This document shows, piece after piece, positions 38,950 through 53,530 of a stretch of 64,000 nucleotides of DNA (position 1 is its first letter; each line of letters begins with the position of its first letter). Below the pieces are notes generated by a model. The model was not told where the DNA came from. It ran no database searches and saw only the letters and a program-made list of their open reading frames with translations. This stretch comes from Haliotis rubra. Taxonomy: Eukaryota. The position numbers and the translations under genes were made by a program. The stretch covers positions 248,001 to 312,000 of the forward strand of contig NW_025764935.1 of NCBI RefSeq assembly GCF_003918875.1. Reading direction: 5' to 3'.

Positions 38950-40390
38950 CTGGGGAAGAATGTGTTAGTACTGGAGTCCTTCACCCGATCAGTGATGTTA
39001 CACAACTATCTTACCTCATAATCCTAACAGATTCCACCATAAGTTGATCCATGATGAACTTGTGTAGAGTCTTGAACACCCATCGGACGTTAACATAGTC
39101 CTGATAACAATCTTAATAGCCAATAGATATCGCCTTGCAAAGCCAGGCAGCTAACGTATTTTTGGATAGTTCCGTCGTGATGTGTGGTTTGCAGGGAAGA
39201 AAGAGACGACGATGCTTATGTCAAAAGTGTCCGTACGATTCGTGTAACAGCAAAGCGCTCTGATAGGACACAAGACGAGATCTATCTGAACGAGAAGTGA
39301 GGCAATGCTGGTATAACATATGACCTGGCACCTAATAGTCCATGTGCCGTGGATTGATTCTTGGCCACAAATTCCGGGAGTGTACGGCAAGAGAGGCTGG
39401 AATAGTGCTCCGCAAAACGAAGAGATAAAATGTCTATGGCATGCAATTCCGAAACGAGGGCTGCTGTGGCAAAAGCGAATAGGAACGCAGTCTTGAGTGA
39501 GTGTCAGATACATGATAGGCACCAATTCTAGAGGTTCAAAGGGTGCCTTAAGTAGAGCTTGCAAAACAAGACATAGATCCCACTTAGGGAATATCGATGG
39601 CGATGATAAATCTTTGAGTTGGAAGGAGCGCACTAAACGATGCAAAGATATCTCTGACCCGACTTGTAGACCTTGTAAGTTGCAAACCGAGGCGATTGCA
39701 GACCGATAACCTTCAATAGTGCCAGCTTTAAGTTGTCCCTGTGTGCGTAAATATGAGAGAAAATCAGCGATCATGGGGATAGTTATGGACTGTCCGAGGA
39801 GTTGTCGCGGAGTTCGCCATTGGGTGAAACGTTGCCATCTTGCTTCATGTAGGAGTGCTGTGGATGGACGAATGGCCTCAGATATGGCTTGTATGGCGTC
39901 AGGTACAAAGTCTTGTTCGTGTAAAGAAGAGTGGATAGTCTCCACACGCGAAGATTGAGAGCTGCAACGTTCGGGTGGAACAGTGACAAGTCTGGTTGAG
40001 CCAGAAGATTGTTCCACAGCAGCAAAACAAGGGGTTCATCCGTCAGAAGCTCCAGGAGGAGTGGAAACCAAGACCTGGTCGGCCACTCCGGCGCCACTAG
40101 GTAAAGGACACATTGATGTTGCAGTAGTTTGGATAGTACATCCGGGATCACCTTGAATGGGGGATATGCATACGCGATCATTTTGTCCCAGGAAACTGAC
40201 AGCGCGTCTACGACCCAGGTTGTTGGGTCAGGTACTGGACTGACATAGACTGGCAACTGGGTATTGCCACTTGTGGTAAACAGGTCTATACATAGTGTTT
40301 CCCTGTTTCCCTGTGAGCGGAGATTCCAGCTCGTACAAAAATACAGATGAGCGGCTGTCCAGCTCATACAAAACAAACATTATATTGGTT
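38950..40390 (-). pseudogene. DIRS1-like retroelement: methyltransferase-like domain and overlapping tyrosine recombinase ORF
   Basis: IDLFTT..NTQLPVYVSPVPD..DALSVSW..YAYPPF..APEWPTRSWFP overlapping with IADFLSYL..TIEGYRSAI..PKWDLCLVL..PFEPL..LCPIRAL; RT absent, frameshifted. Confidence 0.9.
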
Positions 40391-42529
40391 GTTTCCACCG
40401 AGTGGCAAAATCTTGCTCGTAGTCGACCATACAGTCATAATTCCTGACTGATAAGTACACATATGACATATAGGAACAAAAACATAATGTGCGTAATGCG
40501 TCGTCGTTTGCATATAAATGTAATATTTTCATATTCATAACAACAGTAAGATCTTTGAAATTGGGAGTCTTATATTGGTGAGCCTATACTCGGCAAGGCT
40601 ATCAAATGTGGATGTGATCTGCACTAAAAGTAGAATTGGCATCAGAAAAAAACAAAACCTAATTTCACCAACTTCAAAAGTCTAAGCGAAAGTTAATGAA
40701 AAATTAATTCAAGTGAACTTGGCTCGAAGATATGTTAGCGAATTGTATATTGTGTGCCTGAGACCATAAAAGTATTATGCACAAAGATACTAAATTTTCA
40801 CTGGTATCATAACTAAGCACATTCAATTTATCCCTAGAATATTGTAAATTCCCAACAATATGGAAGGAAGCTATTGTCACTCCTATTCATAAAAAAAGGT
40901 AGTTTTAATGAATGTAAAAACTACAGACCAGTTGCTCTTACCAGCTGTTTATCAAAGGTATTTGAGAAATGTATTTTTAAACATGTGTTTAACCCTTTTT
41001 TTAGATAATAACGCATTGACCAATTTGCAGTCAGGATTCATGCCTGGGGATGGTACTGTATACCAACTGACATACTTGTATGATTTTATACTATATGCAT
41101 TAGACAAAGAAGTCAGGGCAGTTTTCTGTGACATAAGCATGGCTTTTGACAAGGTTTGGCACAAGGGAATCATAGCGAAATTAGAAGCTTATGGTATTAA
41201 GGGTAAGTTACTTGATTGGTTTTCTAGTTATCTTGACAATAGATTACAGAGAGTAGCTATAGACAATTACAATTCAGATCTAAAGAAAGTCACTGCTGGG
41301 GTGCCAAATGGATCTGTCCTTGGGCCATTCCTGTTTTAAGTTTACATAAATGATATCATTGAGGGTATCAGTAGTAACATTCGTCTTTTTGCCGATGATA
41401 CTTCGGTATATGTTATTGTTGATAATCATGTTGTTACTGCCGTTTCCTTAAATAATGACCTAAACAGGATCTCTCACTTAAATATGGCAGGTTAGCTTTA
41501 ATCCTGGTAAGACTGAAGCTGTTTTATTCACTCGCAGAAATACCGGTAATCAATTTCCAATTCCTAAGCTTAAAATGCATGGAGTAGACATTACTGAAGT
41601 CGGCTACCATAAACACCTAGGAGTAACCTTGCAATCAGACTGTAAATGGAACTCCCACATTGGTGAATTAGTTAAAAAGGTTCGTCCATTGGTAAATTGT
41701 CTACGTAGTTTTAAATATAGATTATCTAGAAAATCATTAGAGCAAATGTACAAGTCATATATATTACCAACGTTCGATTACTGTTCGCACCTTTGGGATA
41801 ACTGTACTAAAGAACAAGAAAAACTTGTCGAAAATCTACATTTAGACGCACTGCGGACGATTTGCGGGGCAGTAAAAGGAACAAGTCATGATCAAATATA
41901 TAAGGAAACTAACTCGATGCCCCTAGTTGACCGTAGACAAATTAGCAAGTTATCATTATTTTACAAAATGGTTCATCATATGACACCAGTTTATTTAACT
42001 GATCTACTGCCCGAAAAAGTATCAGTTAAGTGACCATAGATTAAGAAACAGTAATAACATTCAAACTATAAGAGGTCGTAGTGATTTGTATAGCAACTCG
42101 TTTTTACCAGATACAATACGAGAATGGAATGGTTTGCCTGAGAATATGTACGATATTGAAACCATAGGCCAATTCAAAAATGCATTCCAATCATCAAAAC
42201 CACTCAATTTTAATATATTTGATAAAAACTTTGGTACACGTTTCTGCCAAATTATCCACTCGCGCTTCAGACTTGGGTGCAGTCATTTGAAAGCGTACAT
42301 GTTTGAACGGCACATTTCAGTTGATCCATTCTGTTCCTGTGGTCACCCCTATGAGGATACTTTACATTACTTCCTTACTTGTCTGATGTTAGAATAATTA
42401 GGACATCGCATGTATTTTTACGAACATGGATATAATTTAAATTCTGTCCTAAATGGTAATCCAAACAAAAATGAACTTGTGAATTCTTTCATACTACAAT
42501 CTGTCCTTACTTTTATAATAAAATCGCAT

Positions 42530-44115
42530 ATTCTACCATGAATCAAGAAAATACTAGATTCTGATTGGTTGTTCAGAAAAATCAGACGGCATCAATTGTG
42601 GATTGACGCTCATCTGATTGTAAGGCCGCTTCACCGCGCATTGACAAATCTTATTGTGAGAACTACTTCCGTTTGACCACAATGATGGCGGATCATAACA
42701 ACAACTCCATGGATTTTGACGCTGACTTTCGAATTTTCCACACAGGCAATTGGAAATTTTTGGATTAAAAATGCGTTTGATTTCATTGCGCTTCACTGCG
42801 CACGTATAGAACACTGCCGCACTACTTCAGCTTGACCACCAACATGACTAATATCAACACAACAGACGTGATGGAAATGCTGACAAAACATTTATTTAAA
42901 CTCGAAAAATACAGTTATATGATTTCCCCCCCAACAATTATGAGGGAACTTCACTATCATATTACCTTCTATTATAAAAATATTCAAACTCAATTACAAT
43001 ACACAGCCCCAAACATAAACAAAACAATATCTAACATATAAATCAGAAAGCCTTTGTAAACATACATCCCTATTTATACAAAATATGCAGCAAAACATTC
43101 GTAAACATTTACCTACCTGGTAAATGGTATATTTAATTCGTTTAGAATGGGAAATTTGCAAGATAGATCTAACGGTCTGGCTTAAACACCACATTTATGC
43201 CACTCATAGCCATACTCCATCATATCCCGCTGCATCGCTCACAAAATAATTCTGCTCTCTGCCAGTTTCGCAAAGGTTGTCACTGTTATGTTCATCTACT
43301 TTGAAAAACGCTTGGACACAGCCCAGTCCCAAACGATGAAAACAAAGTTCCAAGGAATCACAAGTTAGTCGCATGTACAATAAGCAGCAGTACTGTCACT
43401 CTTTTGTCGCATGCCGGGGTGGAGGCAGTACATGAAATCATGATCGGCCGGTCATAACAATCAACAGTCTTTGATAAGTTACAGGTCGTAGGTTGATCAG
43501 GAAAGGATCTATTCTTCGATTCTGCAGGGTTCAGATTCAACAGTCAGTCAAGTATTGTCCACTGTCACTTCAAATTTCAACCTTTCGCAAAATGTAAACA
43601 ACACTGGCTCGTCCGCCATTTCAAACTGTTTAGCGTAACTGTCTACTTCCAAGAAAATAAGTAGGTCAGACGATTTCATTATAGTGTGGCCAGGGGGGTA
43701 CAGTTTCACGGCACACAAAACAATAGGCTGGTTTTAGTCGTGTGGAGTTGGTATTACCTAATTGCATTGAATAAACAGTAGTTTGATTTCTTTGGACAGA
43801 ATATTGTTATGTTGTAATGTTAAAAAATACGAACAGCATCTACCGCCCTTCACAGACGAAGTTCAATTCGCCTCTCGTCCCATGGCGGATTACGCAGTGT
43901 CTTCCGCAGAGCGAGGAAGTTCGATTTTAAATGGGTCATGGTAGAATGGAGATAACCTAGTGTGTTTGAAAATCAGAGACATGCTTTACTGAATTGATGG
44001 CGACTAAATATTTCAATTGAAACCTCACGCTACGCGTTCGGTTCCAATTGAAATTTAGTCGCCATCAATTCAGTAAAGCATGTCTCTGATTTTCAAACAC
44101 ACTAGGTTTATCTCC
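42530..44115. mobile_element. Non-coding element with asymmetric inverted repeat and long terminal hairpin (Crypton-V-like by architecture)
   Basis: ATTCTACCATGA (42530-42541) inverted at 43936-43947, then ~76-bp-arm hairpin 43948-44115; interrupts CR1 without obvious TSD. Family assignment is from recalled architecture only. Confidence 0.65.
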
Positions 44116-44216
44116 TAAATGTTTAATACGCAGGTTGCTTGCTTTCCTATCATGCTGCATATTATTTAATATTTGTTTTTATTCATGTATCAATGAAATG
44201 GAGAGGTATTCAAATA

Positions 44217-44993
44217 CTGTAAACATACTTATTTTCGCGATGGTGCAATTTTCGCGGAATTGACAGGTTAGACTACATCGCACGGTCAATTATTCGCGTA
44301 ATCAGTAATTGCCGGAACTGCCAGCTGTCTCTTTGGCCGCCACTAATAGCAGTGGAAACAAACAGAGTGGCTTAACCTGTCAGGCGGCGTTTATTGCTTA
44401 CTCACAGGAAATCCCTATCTGTGCGATATACTAGTACACAGTAACCCGTTTACTCTCTCGGAAGAGATGAAAAACACATCAGTCTTATGTTCCGAATTCT
44501 GACGATCTGACGAATTAACTTATACTGTATATGAAGCTTTTTGTGATTTCAAACAAGCCGGGTTGTTGTGAATGAGATGATTGAGTGTTAGTGACTATTC
44601 GCTTCATGATGATACGTTTGTATCTAAATGAATAAATAAAATACTGCTGCATTATTATTGCCGCATTATTATTCGTTTCATGGTAATCTATTTTGTATCA
44701 AACCATCTGTCATGTGACCAATTTCCATGGCGGCCACAACACACATTGCTGTTTTCGCTAATTCGGCGATGGGATTTGGCTCATTATTTAATTATGTTTT
44801 GGGAAATCCATTACAGCGACAGTTAAGTATGATTGTTTATGCTACTATCAGTCGTCATTTTAAGATTCCCGTAGATTTCTGTCTTCAAACTTGATGTGTT
44901 ATGGTTTATTCGCGGTGTATAAATTTTCGCGCTAAAATGTTTTGCGCGAAAAGAGCGAAAATAAAACCTGCGCGAAATATACTACGTTTACAG
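44217..44993. mobile_element. Tc1/mariner-pogo type MITE
   Basis: TA|CTGTAAAC..TTTCGCG / CGCGAAA..GTTTACAG|TA; removal restores CR1 tail CAAATAAGCC. Confidence 0.88.
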
Positions 44994-47900
44994 TAAGCCA
45001 TTACGGCTTGTTTACCAATCCTAGTTCAATTTATTTTGAATAAAATATGTTTACACTAAGCACAAAAACATGTTGGCAAAACGAAGAAGTAGGATATAGA
45101 CTCGGTCTTCTCGTTCACCCAGCAGCTTAGATATGCTTGCTTGATTGTGCAAATACTGTTCATCCCTGTGAGATATGGTCCGCCAAGCTAAAGGATTAGC
45201 TCACCTAATTAGCCCGCTGACAGCAGTTTATGATGACACTGACAGACATTAATCTTAATTTGTTGTAACATCACTGCAAGTGAACTATAATCACTACATA
45301 CATGTATATAATGTTGCAATTTGGTCTAGTGCACTCATTCACCATGGCAAACGCTCAGGTTGACTTTACATTTCATTCCAAATGGTAGAGGAGGTCAGTA
45401 CTGGGTATTTAGGGGCAGCAGATTTAGTATCAAGACAAGGAGAGCAACTTCTATCCACTGGACGAGTTGTATATAAGAGTATTTAACATGTATATAAGAT
45501 GTATATAATGTGTATATCTATATAGTATGGATATAAGGCGATGTAACTTATTAATATGTGTCATGTAAAAATAAATGTGTTCGATCAACATTCTGTCACA
45601 GTCATTCCTCAAATTAAAAGTTTCAAAGTTTACAGGATCATACAACACTGTGACTAAATATCACAGCCGATCAAATATCACAGGGAACAAAATAAAAAGC
45701 ACACCTTTTGTTGTAGGGGATTAACTCGCAGAGTAGTTACAGTATTGAATAACTTGTTAAAAACTGTTGTCTATAGTAATAGTTATAGCGGAACAAATTG
45801 TTAGAAAAATCCTTGAAACCGGGAGTCTGAATGGAATGGGACGACTTGGAACCTGCAGACAGTGTTGATCTGCATTATATGTAGACCTTCCAATTGATAT
45901 TACGATATGGTCGGAAATAGATAAGAATAAAGGAATTCAGTAAACAGACTAAACAAGACAGATGTGTGGATGACAAAGAGCACGGTGTGGATGGCACAGA
46001 CGGGACCAAATGGGTATGATAGCTAATTGGGGCCCTCTGCCATGGCAAAGCAGACGAGTAAAGCATGGGAAACTCGGTACTTCCTCCCGCGGAGACAGCA
46101 GGCAGGAAGGTTTGGGCTGCCGCTGTAAAAGCAGATGCCAAGTAACTCTAGTTGTAGCAGCGCTGCTGCTTAGTCCCGTCAGCACCATGCCCACTGCACC
46201 TATTTTAATAAGAAGTTGGATCTTGGTACAGCTTGTGTCTGTTCTGTACAATGGTGACTTAAAAGTAAAAAATTACCAACCTCCGCGCCCCCCTCCCCCA
46301 AACACGGTATTGCCCTCTGAAGGGACGGGTGGGAATTATTTAGCAGAGGCAAAGTGTAAGACTTGACCGGAGAGCATGAAGGATAGAAAGGAAGGATATG
46401 ACGTATGCTTGCGGATGTGACGTCACTCCGGAAGTGACGTAACTGCTATTATGGGATGTGGAAGAACAACACTGCCATGTGCGTTGCTGTGCTGGTTAGC
46501 GAAAGCGAGTGCTAGGGTTTAAAGTTGTGCACAAGGATTGTAAATACTGGCTATGAACATGTTTACCAATTCACTTCTAAATGCCCTACTGCTGCTATTA
46601 ATAAATGCTGAAATAATACAGCGCCTCCTGTACTGCTACGCTGGATGGATACTATAAGCCAAGACAAGTGCTAGAGTTTAAAGTTAGGCGCTGAATTGTA
46701 AATGCTGCCCATAAATGTCATTAAATGGGTATATGCGTAGGGTGTAGTATATGTAGAGTAAGAGCCTAACCGATTTTAAAAAACTTAATCCAACAAATAT
46801 GTACGTCTCATAATACCACATACAGATTGCAATACATACTCAATAAATGAAAAATACGACAAACACACACGAAACAATGATTGGAGAAAATTCACATACC
46901 TGACGTGAACAAGACTGTTTGAGAGAAAATGTATAAACACAAACACTTTGAGAGAGTATGCACAAAAGTTAACAGATATTGTCTCGCACACATGACGGGA
47001 AGCACTTGGTGACGAATCTTGAGGCTTGTTGACATGATCTTGAAGCGTGGCTTTGAAAGTTGTTGCACTCACAATTACATGGACTTTGCTCGGTCTGGTT
47101 GTTGCTGTCGAAGACTTTGTGAAGTTTGCTGGCTATGGGCTGCTGTCTCGTTGATGATTGTCAGGTCGGCTGATCTTGTCTCCCATCTCTGAACTACCGG
47201 TTGCTTTGCTGCGAGTTAGGGTAGGGGAATTGTGTGTGAGTCACAACAAACTCACGCTACCCAGATTTTCACAATCTGTCCAAGAGCGTTTGTTGTGGTG
47301 CTCTCGGATGGTAGCTCAGGATGGTGGACAAGAGATGGAAGACAACAGTCAGCGGTACAGTTGAAGACAGCAGCAGCCATGTTTATTATGGTTGGGGAAT
47401 AATGGTCGAAATGGGACATAAAATGGTAATAATGTGACAAAACGCACATCAGGACCGAGTGGCTAATGTTCCCAATGTGGAGCCCGCTCTGTCACTTACA
47501 CACATGTAGAATTAGTTGGACGGCAATTCTTCATCGTCAACGTAGTCATTGGTGAGGCGACGGCCTTGGCCGATGCCCCAACTATCCACATAATCCGTCC
47601 GCTTCTGTCATTGATCTGGGCCCGTCTCCACTCCTCGGCTCTGACTGGTCTCCCTGAGTGACCATGTCAGTCAGGTTTTATACATAGGGACATTACACCA
47701 CGTTATGCAAGGTCACTGACCTATTCACATGTACATATGTAAGATCCGCCAACATAGGGAGGTGTTAATTGGCATTTACTGATAACATTCAGAATTATGG
47801 GTCCTGCTTGGAGGGGGGTTTATGATAAGAGGGCTACACCAAATGATTGCAGAATACATTAAACCGACAAAGGGAATAGTTTTTCGGTGCACTTTGGATA

Positions 47901-48224
47901 TATATTGAAACAATTATGTTTTAATATATGAAGTTTTACAGAAACTTATTGAAATGGTTTTCTCTGACATATTTGTCCCTCCATTTTGTTGGCCGATTTG
48001 CTCTGGCTCATGGACAAATAGTCAAGTTCCAACCACTTATTTTTTAAAAAGTACAATACTACCTGTTTAAGCTCACACTAAAAATATAACAAATTGAAAT
48101 TTGATAAGTTTACTTGCAATCTGATTAAAACACTCAAAGTATGGTTACCACACTATAAATAACTATAAATCACTGTTTTCAAATAATGCTTGTGGTTATT
48201 GTATGAACCACCCCTGGCATCCAC

Positions 48225-48600
48225 ACCTGTACATGGTATAGCCACCCTTGTATGGACAACATATGCCAGTTTTCACTGCGTACTGGCAATTAAGTGTTGA
48301 CTTCTTTGCGTTAAAATTCTCTGCCATTCCTCCTGCAGATTTTGAAGAAGGTGCCATCCAAGATAGTCCCAAAAATGTTTGATGTTCAGATCGAGGCTGT
48401 TTGCAAGCCATGGTATTGACAAGTATATGGTTATCAAAATGAATGGTATCCAGTGCTTCCCCTTGATAGCGTTGAGCGAGTGAGTGTCCCGGGGAAGTGT
48501 AATGAGACCCAACTTGCAGTCTAACAAAGGCAACCCATCACCAGCATCAAGCCACCATCAAACAGTCAGCTGCATGTGTAATAGGCGCTCTGTAATAGGC
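48225..48600 (-). pseudogene. Old Tc1 transposase C-terminal relic
   Basis: PWLANSLDLNIKHFWDYLG..LQEEWQRI..HLIAS..GGYTMY parallels the end of the Tc1 at 55844-56859. Confidence 0.7.
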
Positions 48601-49044
48601 AGCCCAGTGACAGGAGTTTCAATGTGGAATGTATGTTAATGTTTCCTTGTTCATGGTTTTATTGTGGACTTTGAGTTTTTCTACCTTACATTAAAATCAC
48701 ACAACACAAAGTCCAGAGGAACAGTGTACAATTCTTCTTCAGTTTAATGGCATTTGTCAGTCCTTCCAACAAAATGTGACACAAGACAGAAATGTAATTA
48801 ATAGCAATATATTCTGTTAAATGAAAAGAGAAAAATAACAACAAAATTGAACTAAATAGCTCTCCTTCACTCTCTAGAAACCTTCCCTACACTGTACCTA
48901 AATTCTATATGTCATACTTCATTCCTATGGCTATTTTCTCCCCCAACTCACACTACTTACATGATATAAAAATACCCAACAAATATATACTATATCATAA
49001 CATATGTCTATTGTATAAGCAAGTGCCATGTTTGCATATGGTAC

Positions 49045-49045
49045 C

Positions 49046-49101
<56 letters not shown>

Positions 49102-49125
49102 CACACACATAACACACAACACACA
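49045..49125. repeat. (CA)n microsatellite
   Basis: ~55 bp near-perfect CA run with decaying flank; source of the poly-TH/VC ORFs. Confidence 0.97.
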
Positions 49126-49447
49126 TGAGACCCATAAAATCAGTGTCAAAATCGTATGTCTCATAGATAAAAAGTACCCACGAGAAATAAAAACTGAATT
49201 CCTAACCTGTAACATCGTCCTGGCAGGGCACTGGCGAGCTGAAAAATATTTCTGTGAAATCTCATAGATAAGACGACCCCCTTCTACAGACATGTTTTTG
49301 GGTCCTCAAAATTCGGCTGATATATGGTAATATACAGTAACTTACTACTACATAATTCCTATCTCTCCTTTACCCCACCTGACTACCGTTCAAAACCACT
49401 ACATCAATAGCAAGTCTTGGGGAAAACCTAATGAGCCAGAGGGAATA

Positions 49448-49979
49448 CTGTAATCGTAGTTATTTTTGCGTGGGATTAATTTTCGCTTTTTAGCAAAATG
49501 ATTGCCAAAAAATCGCATACCAAGCTTAAATATTCATGGTCAAGTCATGACAAATACTCAAGTAGGAACAACATGCAATTTGTTTATTCTCTCAGATAAT
49601 ATCAAAACAATATACAAAGGAATGGAGGCATATACTAGTATACTAGTAATAGCTATCACAATCAGCAAATGTTTGTTATCAGTTTGTCAGTTAATTGATA
49701 GCTGATTACTCGTAATCACAAAATGAACGAAGCTCACTTACATCAGTCACAAATCACAATGTTGACACAAGTATAATCCCACATCTCTCTGATTGTTTTA
49801 GTAAACATGATTCAATTATGGCGGCTAGCTTTGATCATTGCATGTCTATGGGTTGTGAAAACTTTGTGATGGACACCATCACTCAGGCATTTGAAATGCG
49901 CGAAAAAACTACTGCGCTAAAAGGGCTTTTGTGAACTTTCCGCGAAAATTGCACCCCGTGAAAATATATATGATTACAG
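49448..49979. mobile_element. Tc1/mariner-pogo type MITE
   Basis: TA|CTGTAATC ... GATTACAG|TA, termini related to the 44217 MITE. Confidence 0.82.
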
Positions 49980-50029
49980 TATCCCCTGCAAAGGCAGTGG
50001 GTTTACTGCTCAGATCACCGACATGCAAG

Positions 50030-50600
50030 ACAAATATATCGGTCGCATCAGGCTCTTACATACCCCGTGAGCTAACCTCCAAAAAAGTGATGACGAAGTG
50101 TTGCCATTGGTTAACACCACAGCAAAAACTTCACTGCAGCTCTACGCGTCTTCCGCTTACAAGACTTGTACATGAGACAAACCAGATGGAACTTGTTCAC
50201 CTTCAAATTCTACCTCTTCATCCGATACTTCTTCTGTGTCTGTGTTCATGAAAGATGATAGCAGCACAGTTCAGACATTATCACTGTCCTCGATCCTCGA
50301 TAGCAGTGAGCTGAGCATATGCTTTCTATACCAAGCTTTGAAGGCACAGATGATCCCTTGATGTAATGGCTGCAGGACAGATGTTGTGGTAGCTGGTAAG
50401 AACTTCACTTCAACATTGCTGAAGTTGAATTTCAATCCATGGGAAGGAGCATTGTCAATACACAATGATATCTTGCGGCGTTGTTGTCTCATCTAGACCT
50501 GTCTGTTTACTTTCTCCAGCCAGTCAGTGAATACTGTGGTATTCATCCAAGCCTTCTAATAGGCTGTCCATGTCACGGCAAACTGACACCGAGTTAATGT
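50030..50600 (-). pseudogene. Tigger transposase relic
   Basis: AWMNTTVFTDWL, IDNAPSH, FLPATTTSVLQPLHQGII..FKAWYRK. Confidence 0.82.
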
Positions 50601-53530
50601 TATTGCTATAAATAATGTGTATTTATTGAATTCATGAAAGATTGAGAACAGAAGTAACAGGGGTGTTTATTCAACAGACTATTGCTTTAGTCAGCTATGT
50701 ACGGATTACAAAGCATTGTTCTCGTACCAAGTTGATTGTCAGGTCTGTTACTTTAGTCCATAATCCGTAATTGAGATAGTCCGGATTATAATGCAAGCAT
50801 TAATGATAAATTAAGAACAAATTTGTATCCTAAGTTTCCTTTGAGTAGCCAAATAAATTGTACTCACCTCACTAAAACTCAATTGGGTATTTTGCCGTTT
50901 TCCATTAATTTTTAAAATATAAAAAAGTTTAAATGTCAGTGTTTGTTATTTATATTTGATCTGTAATATGAGAAACGATAAGAAAGACTGCAAGTTGTGA
51001 AGTTCATGTCCTGGAATAGAACCTCTCAATATACCTCAGTTTTTTTATCTATCCACCGGTACGCAAGCTAAGATTTGACATTCTCGTGTGTACGCATGTA
51101 AGATCACATTTATTGAGTATTTACCCAAATTCAAGCGTACTTGTACGTAACAAACATAATAGGAATTGAGTTTCTGACTCTTCATAGTAGTGTGTTAGTT
51201 CGGAAAATATCTCTGTGGCTAAGTGTTCTTTCATGACACTTTGCAAACACAGACCAAGTTGTCATCTTCTGATGAATCTTGTTGACAGTTTTTCCTGAAC
51301 ATCTGAAGATAGATAAAAAACTGTGCCTGTGGACACCATGTTTAATAGCCGAAGCCCCCATGAATCAGGAAAAGAATGTTTCCATTCATTTTTGAAATCT
51401 CATTGTAATGTACATTGTTGAAATATCCGATGTTTTGACAGATTTGAATGTCACTCTTTTCTAAGTTAGAAAATAGTCTTTCAAACCTTTTGAGTGTTTG
51501 TGAATACAAATTGTGTTTATTCTACCAGTTTCAAATTCTTTCTGTGAATGTAAAGAATGTTTTCCCTTGATTGTATTTCAAGTTCTTTGATCAAGCAGTT
51601 AATGAATTGGTATGTTTTAAGCCTTGCCAATGAAATCTTACAAATTTTCCATCTATAGCAGCCAGACTTCACGTTACTGCTGGCAGGGACAGAGTGGGTT
51701 TACTTGAAGTCTGTTTGAGGTTGCCATTAAAAGTACAATCTTATATCCATGGGCTAATTTTTAGCTCGCATGACAGAATGTCAAGCAAGTTTGTCATGTC
51801 ATCCATCAGTTCCAAACTTTTAGATATCTTCTGACACTACAGGTTGAAACTACATTAAGTTGGAATCCTGCTCCCAGAATTGACTTTCAACATGACAATT
51901 CAGGTTCTACATTTTCATTGGCTTAACATAACCATGTTTTTTTGGTCATTAAGGTTCAAATTTTGATGTTTTTCAACCAATCTCACTGATCAGCTAAGTG
52001 TTACAATTTGTTTCAAAACCTGTATTTATTTTGGCTGTATAATGGATATTTTGTGGTATTACCTGGCAAGCTACAATTGCTAATGGCCGTCCATTCTGTC
52101 GCCAGTGAAATTTACAGTAGAATTGTACTGCTAATGATTATTGACACGTCATCTTCATGACCTTATCACTCTGACTTGTTAACATTACTCTATCCAGGAT
52201 TTGTTATAATATCCCACATTTCCTGTTTATTGGACTCCAAGTGTTGGGTAATGACTTGGAACCTTCTTGTCACTTTAGCCTAAGTACTTTAGCTTAAGGA
52301 AAAAGCACTGATGCATCCTGGGAATGATGAGTGGTGTACAGATGCCTCCAAGAGCAATGTCTGAACCCCTAAAAGCCTCTGAAAATCCATCCTTCAGACT
52401 CTATGAACACATTTCAGGGAACGGTACTTTTCAACTAGGGCTTTTTGTCCCATTAAATACAAATACTAAAAGCCAAAGTCACTGCAGTGAATACTGATTG
52501 GGAAGTTGAAGGGAAATAGTGGTTTAGGCCTCGACGTAGGATTACGATTTAAAGTTGCCTACAGATTTATGCTTAATGGAATGGTGTTGATGTTTGTTGA
52601 TCAAAGGACTGGACTGGCCAATTGATTTGTTTTAAATCCATCCCAGTATTCTTGTCAGTGTAGATGAAAGAAATAAACCTGGTCTTGTTGGGTTGTAATT
52701 CTCAAGACTGTCTACCTTGCAATTCATTTTCAGTTTGAGATTGTTGAATGCTAGATAAATGTTGATGTGAAGTTAAAGAAGCCTGCTGAGTACATGTATG
52801 GTTATATTAAATGTTCTGCTGTCCAACTTGCAGTTTCAGTCAAGGCAAGCATCTTCTGTATTTCTTTCTTCTCTCTTTTTTTTTTTTACATATGTCAAAT
52901 ATATTGCATCAGTAGCTATCGATGTGGTTCTCTTTTGAATGAAGTGTGAGATTTCAGTAGAAATTACAATTTGCGTTACATTATCTATATGACAATGGTC
53001 CATTAAGATGAAATACTGATTTTAGACAATCTTCATTGTATTAGGTGTGTCGTGTCATACATAACAGTTCTTTTTTTAGAAATCGTTTCTGTAATGCATT
53101 GCTTTTGTATTGTACATTTTGTACTCGGTTGATGTTATTTCCGAAAGTTTCTAAGTGTGGAGATTCTCGTTGTCATACTTGTGAAAGTATGATTGAGGGA
53201 AGTTTTGTTAACATTACACCCAGTGAGACATTTGTTGTTCAACAAAAAGTGAATTGTGACACTAGAGATGTTATTTATGTCATTACATGTTCTTGATGTA
53301 ACGAGAAGTATATAGGGAAAACAGAACAAATTAAAAAGAATGAACCTGCATCAATCCCACATTAATCACCCCCCAAAACGCACTATAACTATTCCTCTCA
53401 GTGAACATTTAGATAAATGTGGTAGTGACAAGTTCAAGGTTTTCCCGATTATAAACACAATTATAGCATGATAATGTTTTACTCTTGAAAGAACCATATT
53501 TCATTCATAAATATGCAACAAAATTGAATG

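Larger units (their letters stand above)
40840..45056 (+). mobile_element. 5'-truncated CR1-clade LINE (RT remnant 40840-42525) with two nested insertions in its 3' end
   Basis: WKEAIVTPIHKK, NYRPVALT, QSGF, DISMAFDKVWH, GVPNGSVLGP, FADDT, CSCGHPYEDTLHYFLTC; 3' UTR stem AAGCC..GGCTT and AATAAAATATGTTT at 44995-45052. Confidence 0.9.

Noticed and set aside
45450-47760. GC-richer segment with short direct repeats, possibly an LTR or Ngaro terminus
   Set aside because: No termini, TSD or protein motif could be defined.
48909-49293. His/Thr- and Cys/Val-rich ORFs
   Set aside because: Translation artefacts of the (CA)n microsatellite.
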